Source of the DNA: an uncultured Gammaproteobacteria bacterium
GTDB taxonomy: Bacteria > Pseudomonadota > Gammaproteobacteria > Pseudomonadales > Azotimanducaceae
NCBI GenBank assembly: GCA_913049815.1
Contig: CAJWYI010000001.1
Location: 9,700-73,699 of the forward strand
Direction of reading: 5' to 3'
DNA: 64,000 bases
In this document: positions 57,531-64,000 of the stretch, piece by piece
Layout: every line of letters begins with the position of its first letter
Position numbering within the stretch: the first letter of the stretch is position 1
Notes under the pieces: generated by a model
The model's database searches: none
The model's input: only the letters and a program-made list of their open reading frames with translations
Told to the model about the DNA's origin: nothing
Position numbers and translations under genes: made by a program

Positions 57531-57755
57531 GGAGTCACCCTTCTATGCTGGTAATAGGTTTCACGTCGTGCATTATAAAGACGCATGCGATTCAGATGCG
57601 AGATCACGAAGGTACATATTTTCCACTTAGCTGAGGCGTAGGACCGTCGCCACCCCGTTCAGCTCTTGTCTTTCTGTCGCACATACGCTTCAGCGCATCT
57701 TCCACTCGATATGTCAGACGCCCCATTCCTTCGTAGCGGGATGGGTAGACTTGTT

Positions 57756-58241
57756 CTACTCAGCGGATTGTAGCGCCTGCAATAGTTCCTCGGGTTCAGC
57801 AACGCTCAACAACAGGCTGTAGTCGCGCGTTGGAACATAGAGCACTTGCTTGGGCCGTGTTATCGCTACAAGTGCCCTGTCGCCGTTCCTGAGTCGGAAC
57901 CAGCCGACCCGGTATCCGGGCAACCCAATACCATTTGTTCTGAACCGGGGGTTGAGCGGCGGTTCGTTGTTGAGATCAACAATGCGTGCCTGGTTCACCG
58001 CAATTTCCGCGTTGGGGATAGTCCTCCCATACAACGGTACATTCAAACGAAGATCTTCATCGGTCAACACAACAGACGGATGGCCAAAAGAAAACGCGAG
58101 CCAACCCAGGAAGAGTCCAAGAATGAGCAACAGCGCCGCGATCGTCGCCATGACCCAGGCGGCCATGTTCGACGGTTCTGCGATCTCGAATACCATCTCC
58201 GTCATCTCAACCCCATTTATAGCGAGCTGCATCGGAAACAC
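57756..58241 (-). CDS. membrane-anchored bacterial PH-domain-like protein
   Basis: One or two N-terminal TM segments (AAWVMATIAALLLILGLFLGWLAF), then a region resembling bacterial PH domains (...GWFRLRNGDRALVAIT...). The start is uncertain (GTG at 58241 or internal ATGs). Confidence 0.5.
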   Translation of the reverse strand: MFPMQLAINGVEMTEMVFEIAEPSNMAAWVMATIAALLLILGLFLGWLAFSFGHPSVVLTDEDLRLNVPLYGRTIPNAEIAVNQARIVDLNNEPPLNPRFRTNGIGLPGYRVGWFRLRNGDRALVAITRPKQVLYVPTRDYSLLLSVAEPEELLQALQSAE

Positions 58242-58360
58242 GTTCCAATGACGACGCTAGCAATATCCTCTCAAAAAACAGTGTTTCTCCAACACCTTGT
58301 CATAATCGCAGTTCCACTGCAGACTTTAGACTTTCTTGATCAACCTTGAGGGCCAACAGA

Positions 58361-59311
58361 ATGTTTCGAACGTATTTCTGCAAGCTCACTCGTCGTTTTG
58401 CCATCCTGCTGATTGTCGCCTTGTGTCTTCCGCACTATGTCCACGCAGATCTCTGGACAGATATTGCGACGGGAGATCTTAAAGCGATTAAGAAAGGCAA
58501 CCATAACGTCAATGCAAGACATCCGCAAAATGGCAGTACTCCCCTAATTACAGCGACAATCCTTCAGAACCATGACGTCGTTCGCTGGCTGATCAAAGAA
58601 GGAGCGGACGTCAACATGCGTGGTGCGGACGGTGGCACAGCTCTGCATGCTGCAGCATTTATCGGCGCTGACAGGATCGCTAAAAAACTGCTCAAAGCAG
58701 GTGCCAGCCTCGACGCCCGCAATGCAGCTGGTGCCGCTGCATTGCAAGTGACATACCTGGATTGGCAGACAACGAAGGGATTCCTCGACGTGTTGAACCT
58801 GCCTTTAAACAAGAAACATATCATGGACGGTCGCCAACGTATCCAGGATCATGTAGCAACAATGATTGCAAAACAGGCCAAGAACAACCTCTGGGTCGCC
58901 GTCGCGCTCGGTGACACCAAATCCGTGCGAAAGCTCTTGCGAAAGGGCTACGACGTCAACGCAACCGACTACTCTGGGACAACACCCCTACAGTCTGCGA
59001 GCGCGTTTGGGCATCTACAGGTGGTGCGAATACTAATTGAAGCGGGCGCCGATGTGGACCAGATCAACCCCTTCAACGGTTCGACAGCGCTACACGCAGC
59101 ATCGCTATTTGGTAAAGCCGAAGTCGTGAAGGTGTTGCTCGACAACGGCGCCAAAAGAGAAGTTTTTGACTACAACGGCAGCCTTGCTATCGATGCCGCA
59201 GATCTAGACTGGGACACTACCAATGCCGTTGCCGGTTTATTGCAACTTAAGCTAGACCCAAAGGCAACCATGGCAGGGAAAGCGAAAACAGCCCAGTTGC
59301 TGATGCAGTAG
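58361..59311 (+). CDS. secreted ankyrin-repeat protein with an internally duplicated module
   Basis: Signal-like MFRTYFCKLTRRFAILLIVALCLPHYVHA, followed by ANK repeats (GSTPLITA..., GGTALHAAA..., GTTPLQSASAFGHLQVVRILIEAGADV...). ATG at 58361 is preferred over the TTG at 58346. Confidence 0.85.
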   Translation: MFRTYFCKLTRRFAILLIVALCLPHYVHADLWTDIATGDLKAIKKGNHNVNARHPQNGSTPLITATILQNHDVVRWLIKEGADVNMRGADGGTALHAAAFIGADRIAKKLLKAGASLDARNAAGAAALQVTYLDWQTTKGFLDVLNLPLNKKHIMDGRQRIQDHVATMIAKQAKNNLWVAVALGDTKSVRKLLRKGYDVNATDYSGTTPLQSASAFGHLQVVRILIEAGADVDQINPFNGSTALHAASLFGKAEVVKVLLDNGAKREVFDYNGSLAIDAADLDWDTTNAVAGLLQLKLDPKATMAGKAKTAQLLMQ

Positions 59312-59476
59312 CTCGCGCACTACGCATACGTATCGGCGTTCTGTGTGTCGTCGTTTCCAATCTCAAAACTTCGATACCTCTGACCCTTTCCAGAGCGTCT
59401 CTTGTAATACTCTGATATAAAATATATTTTTCCTCACACATAAATTGCATGTCTATGAACGCTACTGGAGGGAAGT

Positions 59477-59734
59477 ATGAGAAGTACCCGAACGCCATAG
59501 ACGACAGCAACGCTTGCACTGATATTTAAAGAGTTACTCGGCGCTAGCCGGGTCTAAGCCGCCACATTTTCGGGTGTGACGGTCGACGCGATAGACAGCG
59601 CCAATGAAGATGGCATCACTGAGCATCGAACCGCGCTGGACGGGGACGCTGTCGGCATGCCTGCCACCATCTAGTTGTTAGGTACTGGTCTTGCCACCCT
59701 TTTGGTCACGACACACTGGCGAAAACAGAGCTGA
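59477..59734 (+). pseudogene. small PEP-CTERM-type secreted protein gene with three in-frame stop codons
   Basis: GGAGGG SD, then an 86-codon frame: MRSTRTP(TAG)TTATLALIFKELLGASRV(TAA)AATFSG...GMPATI(TAG)LLGTGLATLLVTTHWRKQS(TGA). The C-terminus matches the PEP-CTERM pattern (P-x-P, hydrophobic helix, basic tail). A terminator follows about 20 nt downstream. Confidence 0.5.
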
Positions 59735-59755
59735 CTACCAACGCTTTTGAACATT

Positions 59756-59790
59756 AAAAAAGCCGGTCATTTGAACCGGCTTTTTATTTT
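59756..59790. terminator. bidirectional rho-independent terminator
   Basis: Perfect palindrome AAAAAGCCGGT-catttga-ACCGGCTTTTT, followed by more T residues. It lies between the convergent PEP-CTERM relic/ankyrin unit and the acyl-CoA dehydrogenase gene. Confidence 0.75.
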
Positions 59791-59831
59791 CTTTCGCCTT
59801 CCGCAGCTAATGCTACTAGCCGCGTGTGAGT

Positions 59832-61025
59832 TCAGTCAGGTAAGCCCAGCACTCGTTTCGCAATGATATTGTACTGAACCTCAGACGTCCCTCCTTCAAT
59901 CGAGTTCGCCTTGCTACGCAACCAACCACGCGTCTGATCGATTTCGTAGCCGGAGAAGCCCTCGCCTTCCCAGCCCAGCAATTGAGTTCCGTGCATCTGG
60001 ATCAGCAGCTCATATCGATTTTTATTCTGTTCGGTGCCGTACAATTTGAACATTGAGGAAGCAAACGTAGGCGCTTTGGTCGTCTTTGATTCCTCAGCGT
60101 TACGGCGAACCGTGAGACCAAATGCGCGATCGTTCATGACGTGCGTGGTGATGTCGTCACGCAGCTGAAGGTCAGAAACTTTGCCATCGACATTGCCAAC
60201 AGTATCCAGGGCGACGTGACCCATGGTACGGCCAACACCACCTCCACCAGCACCACCCATGCCACCACCGATAGAGGTCCGTTCATACTGAAGCAGTCGT
60301 TTTGCCACTGTCCAGCCTCGGTTCACCTCGCCAATGACATTTTTGCGCTGTGCACGTGCGTCAGTGAAAAACGTCTCACAGAATGGCGACAGACCGCTGA
60401 TAAGTTTGATGGGCTTCACCTCAACACCTGGTTGATCCATGTCGAACAGGACGAAAGTGATTCCGTCATGTTTCGGAGCATCCGGATCGGTACGCACCAG
60501 GCAGAAAATCCAGTCCGCATGATCAGCACCTGAGGTCCAGATCTTCTGACCATTAACGATGTACTCATCACCATCGACGACGGCTTTTGTCTGCAGGCTT
60601 GCCAGGTCAGATCCCGAGTTTGGCTCACTGTAGCCCTGGCACCACCAGATCTCACCACTGCAGATGCGCGGCAAGTGTTCCTTTTTCTGTTCCTCGGTTC
60701 CAAATTCCAGCAGAGCTGGGCCAATCATGCTGGTCCCCATACCACCAAACAACGGGGTTCGCGCTTTTACGCGACGCATTTCCTCGTTCAGGACACGGTT
60801 CTCGTCAATTGACAAACCACCACCACCGTACTCTTTAGGCCATTGAGGTACCGTCCAGCCTTTTTCAGCCATGCGATCGAGCCAGACCTTGGTGTCCGGA
60901 TTTTTGAAGTTCGCCCGCCGCCCAGGATTCGGTGTCTCGTCACCCGGCATCGGGGTGCGCATTGATTCAGGACAGTTCTCTTCCAGCCATTCTCGAGATT
61001 CGGCTCGAAAATCTTCCAGTGACAT
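59832..61025 (-). CDS. acyl-CoA dehydrogenase family protein
   Basis: 397 aa with N-terminal helical, middle beta (YSEPNSGSDL) and C-terminal helical domains typical of acyl-CoA dehydrogenases. Confidence 0.9.
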   Translation of the reverse strand: MSLEDFRAESREWLEENCPESMRTPMPGDETPNPGRRANFKNPDTKVWLDRMAEKGWTVPQWPKEYGGGGLSIDENRVLNEEMRRVKARTPLFGGMGTSMIGPALLEFGTEEQKKEHLPRICSGEIWWCQGYSEPNSGSDLASLQTKAVVDGDEYIVNGQKIWTSGADHADWIFCLVRTDPDAPKHDGITFVLFDMDQPGVEVKPIKLISGLSPFCETFFTDARAQRKNVIGEVNRGWTVAKRLLQYERTSIGGGMGGAGGGGVGRTMGHVALDTVGNVDGKVSDLQLRDDITTHVMNDRAFGLTVRRNAEESKTTKAPTFASSMFKLYGTEQNKNRYELLIQMHGTQLLGWEGEGFSGYEIDQTRGWLRSKANSIEGGTSEVQYNIIAKRVLGLPD

Positions 61026-61130
61026 TCACGATCTCCTGCGTAGACGGCTCGTAATATCGAGCCGATGAAATTCGGCCCACTATTATGCCTCAACTGGAAG
61101 GACCGGGTCACCCCGTTCCCTCCATGCGTT

Positions 61131-61820
61131 TCACTCATCCGGCGCTTCCGATGCCACCACAACAGCCCGCACGGCATCACGCCATATATCGTAGCCTGCT
61201 TCGTTCATATGCAGATTGTCGCCAATGAAGATCTCGGGCTTGGGCGCCCCATCGTCACCAAGCATCGGAGCAGCAACATCGACATAGGTCACCAGGGGAT
61301 GACGCTTAGCGAGCCGCTGCATCGCACGATTGGTATTCTGCATTTCAGACCAGATTTGCCATCGTGAGATACTGGGCTTCACGGCCAGTACGTAGACCCG
61401 GGTTTCGGGCAAATAGTAGTGAATCTCCTCAATGATGGCATCGAGATTCAGCATCACCTGCTCAGTCGTGGCACCCAGAGCTGCGTCGTTGTCTCCCTCG
61501 TAGATCATGACAGCTCTGGGTTTGTGCTTCAGCACCAGATCGTCCAGAAAGTAGCGCACGTCATACATGTTACTGCCGCCAAACCCTCGGGGGACAATAG
61601 TCAAAGGTGCCAGATCTTCTTCAATCCGTCCGTGCCAGCCTCGCATACTCGAGGATCCTGTCGCCACCACAGCCCCGCGGGGTACGTCAGCTTCAGCGTT
61701 GAACGCATCTATAGCAGCACGAAAACGCTCCGGATCCGGGTACTCGGCCGCAGCGACAGTCAACGGCAGAGTTAGACTCAACAACGCGCAGAGGTTCACA
61801 GTGAGAGCTTTCGTAATCAT
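61131..61820 (-). CDS. SGNH/GDSL-type hydrolase, secreted
   Basis: Signal peptide, block I GSSS, block II GFGG, block III GDND, block V DNLHMN. Confidence 0.8.
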   Translation of the reverse strand: MITKALTVNLCALLSLTLPLTVAAAEYPDPERFRAAIDAFNAEADVPRGAVVATGSSSMRGWHGRIEEDLAPLTIVPRGFGGSNMYDVRYFLDDLVLKHKPRAVMIYEGDNDAALGATTEQVMLNLDAIIEEIHYYLPETRVYVLAVKPSISRWQIWSEMQNTNRAMQRLAKRHPLVTYVDVAAPMLGDDGAPKPEIFIGDNLHMNEAGYDIWRDAVRAVVVASEAPDE

Positions 61821-61920
61821 AGTGCACTACCTTAGAGTCATAAGTTTTCTCATCGCCCGGCATCATACCGAAAACACAGTATGATGGCTGGGCCCGCACA
61901 CTCACTCCAATGGGTCACGC

Positions 61921-62520
61921 ATGCACTACCTGATCATCCATCTGAAAGACACCTCCGCCCCGGACACTCGTCACCTACTCAACTTCGCACAGCATGAGCT
62001 TGCCTCAGCTCTCTCAACCAACCAGCATGATGTGTCGATGTTTGGCGTGTTCGTTGGTCTGTTCGGAATCGCCACCAATGAGCTGTATGTGGTGCTCAAT
62101 TCTAAAGATCAGATACCTGACCCCACGGATCTAATCGAAACGCACCAGTATGTCCTGATCGGGGCAGAACACATGGCACCGACCGCTCGACCAACCCACC
62201 ACGAACCACCCACCAAAACCGGCGTCTATGTTTTCAGGTGGTTTACTGTGAACAACCAGGACGTGGACGAAATCGCAGAACTGTCAAAAGCGGCTTGGGT
62301 CAGTTTTGAGGAAGACTCTCACATTGAGGTACAGGCGCTGTTCGCTCAATCTGATCGCAACAAACCAAGAGGTAAAATGTTGCTCATTACACAATACGAT
62401 GATCTTGCGACCTGGCAGCGATCCCGATCACCCGCAAAAGAAGCACAGGACAATTTCCGGCGACGACATGAGCTTACACTCGAAGCGACACCTGTCGCGA
62501 CCCGCTTGGTAACGGCCTAA
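61921..62520 (+). CDS. hypothetical protein, NIPSNAP-like duplicated alpha+beta barrel
   Basis: 199 aa built from two ~95-aa halves of similar pattern. The second half (GVYVFRWFTVNNQDVDE...LLITQYDDLATWQRSR) resembles NIPSNAP repeats. Family call is tentative. Confidence 0.5.
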   Translation: MHYLIIHLKDTSAPDTRHLLNFAQHELASALSTNQHDVSMFGVFVGLFGIATNELYVVLNSKDQIPDPTDLIETHQYVLIGAEHMAPTARPTHHEPPTKTGVYVFRWFTVNNQDVDEIAELSKAAWVSFEEDSHIEVQALFAQSDRNKPRGKMLLITQYDDLATWQRSRSPAKEAQDNFRRRHELTLEATPVATRLVTA

Positions 62521-62526
62521 ACCGGA

Positions 62527-63330
62527 TTACCAGGCGTTTCGTGTAATCCGCGTACCTGGAGCTGGAGGTGGCTGTGCCGCGCCGGCAAAGCACTGCGCTT
62601 TCGACATCCAGTCTGTCGCGTTGGGTCCGATGACCCTCAGGCTGGTATCAGCAATATTTCGGACCTGAGTCACAACCTGACAGAAGTCTTCTGCGGCACC
62701 CTCAATCAGGTCGTCAGCTGAGGGATCATTGAAGGTCCACTCTTCTCCCGACGGTGCGGTAAGGTTCACATAGGGCTTGGGTTCAGGTGCTGTCTCTTCC
62801 CTGACCGCGTAAGTCCAGCCGTAAGTATTAATACCCAGAATTACAATGTTACGAATACGGTCCTGGTTTTTCCGCACGACACCCAGCTGGTCGTAGATCT
62901 CCTGACCATGGGCCCAGGTCTCCATCAGACGCGCCGAAATACAGGAGCGTGCGCTCATATCGGGGCCACCCCATTTGAGACGCTTGGAAGGATCGACTGT
63001 CGCATAATTAGCCGCGACCTCGTCATAGTATTCACGCCAGGTTTCTCGTAAGGATGTTCCTGACAGGCCATCAAGCCACCTTTCCTCGAATCCAATCAAC
63101 GTGCCACCTGCTTTGCCGTTCTCCTGGACCACCTGCAGGTAATCCAAGAACCCCTGCCCATCTGTTAGGGTCAAGTTGGCCGCCTGGTTCCATACATGCA
63201 GATGACGGAAAACATTGTTTAGCGTCCAGCCTTTGAACGCTGTCTTCTGGTCAAACTCTGCGTCCGACAACTCCGCTACCAGATCGTAGAGCGCCGAGCA
63301 CTCCGCTTTAAAATCCTCTGCCTGTTCCAT
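62527..63330 (-). CDS. DinB/MDMPI-like (TIGR03084-type) metal-binding family protein
   Basis: The N-terminal four-helix region with WTLNNVFRHLHVWN is typical of the maleylpyruvate-isomerase-N / TIGR03084 group. 267 aa. Confidence 0.7.
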   Translation of the reverse strand: MEQAEDFKAECSALYDLVAELSDAEFDQKTAFKGWTLNNVFRHLHVWNQAANLTLTDGQGFLDYLQVVQENGKAGGTLIGFEERWLDGLSGTSLRETWREYYDEVAANYATVDPSKRLKWGGPDMSARSCISARLMETWAHGQEIYDQLGVVRKNQDRIRNIVILGINTYGWTYAVREETAPEPKPYVNLTAPSGEEWTFNDPSADDLIEGAAEDFCQVVTQVRNIADTSLRVIGPNATDWMSKAQCFAGAAQPPPAPGTRITRNAW

Positions 63331-63353
63331 AGGGGACCCCGCAGGTTCAATAA

Positions 63354-64000
63354 CTAACGCACCATGACCTGACCGCCATCGATAATGATGGCCTGACCGG
63401 TCATGTAACTCGCTGCCCTAGACGCAAGGAAGACTCCAACGCCTCGCAGTTCATCCGGGTCGCCAAAACGATTCAGAGTGATGTTGTTCGCGGGGTATTC
63501 ATTCCCTTCGCTATCCGACCACAGGACCTGGGCGAAGCGCGTCTTGAACAGACCTGGGCACAGCGCGTTGATGCGGATGTTCTTTGAGCCATACTCGGCA
63601 GCGATGTTACGCACCAGCGCCAGATCTGCTGCTTTCGAGATCGCATAAGCCCCTAATTCAGTAGAAGGCTGAAACGCACCATTGGAAGACGTAATCACGA
63701 TAACACCGTCTTCTTTCGCGACCATATCCGGCAACACCATATGTACGAGCCAATGGTTCGATTTCACATTGCTATTCATGGTTTTATCAAAGGCGTCGTC
63801 AGGGATTTCTGATGAGGGTCCGTGAAACGGATTCACACCCGCATTGTTGATAAGGATATCAATCAGCCCAAGTCGACTATGCGTTTCATCCACCAGAGCC
63901 TGGAGTTGTTCTTTGTAGCCAATATTGCAGGCTATTGCGATTGCTCGCTCCTCACCGACCATCTCGTTGATTTCTAAGGCCGTCTGTTCACAGACATCAC
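63354..64000 (-). CDS. SDR family oxidoreductase; 5' end outside the window
   Basis: NNAG motif (LINNAGVNP), catalytic Y-x-x-x-K (YAISKAA), C-terminal GQAIIIDGG. The frame is open to the window edge. Confidence 0.85.
   Translation of the reverse strand, partial: DVCEQTALEINEMVGEERAIAIACNIGYKEQLQALVDETHSRLGLIDILINNAGVNPFHGPSSEIPDDAFDKTMNSNVKSNHWLVHMVLPDMVAKEDGVIVITSSNGAFQPSTELGAYAISKAADLALVRNIAAEYGSKNIRINALCPGLFKTRFAQVLWSDSEGNEYPANNITLNRFGDPDELRGVGVFLASRAASYMTGQAIIIDGGQVMVR

Noticed and set aside
20927-59734. In-frame TAG, TAA and TGA codons read as evidence for stop-codon reassignment, programmed read-through, or selenocysteine or pyrrolysine decoding.
   Set aside because: All three stop codons terminate the many intact genes in the window at the positions expected for their families. 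The interrupted frames also show truncations and deletions. No SECIS-like hairpin or pyl/sel genes were seen. Pseudogenisation is the simpler explanation.
1-64000. Search for CRISPR arrays, tRNA or rRNA genes, transposases, integrases and phage genes.
   Set aside because: Every spacer longer than about 150 nt was read. None contains regularly spaced direct repeats, a cloverleaf-compatible ~75-nt element or rRNA-like sequence. No ORF shows DDE transposase, tyrosine or serine recombinase, or phage structural motifs. A formal tRNAscan or Rfam run would still be needed to be certain.

Overview
Gene-dense chromosomal segment with about 55 apparently intact CDS on both strands. It comes from a Gram-negative bacterium. 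The gene content (PEP-CTERM relic, Mrp-type antiporter, four PhyH-family dioxygenases, arylsulfotransferase-like protein, many hydrolases and oxidoreductases) suggests a marine or oligotrophic gammaproteobacterium, but that is inference only. I found no rRNA, tRNA, CRISPR array, integrase, transposase or prophage genes. Recognisable content, in order: a 5-gene peptide/nickel-type ABC importer (2931-8831); a benzoylformate-decarboxylase-like ThDP enzyme, a PhyH dioxygenase and a carboxylesterase (9428-13545); a sodium:solute symporter with a small coupled ORF below the track's length cutoff; a heterodimeric ABC exporter (15232-19091); an aldolase, a HAD phosphatase and a DUF4199-like protein; a CoA-transferase and an SDR; a 10-gene translationally coupled Mrp-like cluster (25840-33330), preceded on the same strand by an ABC exporter coupled to an unknown 368-aa protein (33388-36437); purU; a LysR regulator divergent from acnB; uup; and assorted enzymes. 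Observations most worth follow-up: (1) the Mrp-like cluster has the gene order of the archaeal Mbh/Mbx membrane arm, a split MrpA, three antiporter-like subunits and an extra 2-TM protein; (2) an ABC exporter overlaps (TGATG) the start of an unclassifiable soluble protein directly upstream of that cluster; (3) two paralogous PhyH dioxygenases share an unassigned N-terminal domain of about 110 aa; (4) a third PhyH gene overlaps (ATGA) a polytopic membrane protein with an HPt-like C-terminus that lacks the conserved His; (5) many intergenic spacers are gene fossils, and four of them keep one reading frame while carrying 1-3 in-frame stop codons each. All family calls come from motif recognition by eye, and no searches were run. 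ORF ends come from the supplied track. Revised starts and small elements were counted by hand and may be off by 1-2 nt.
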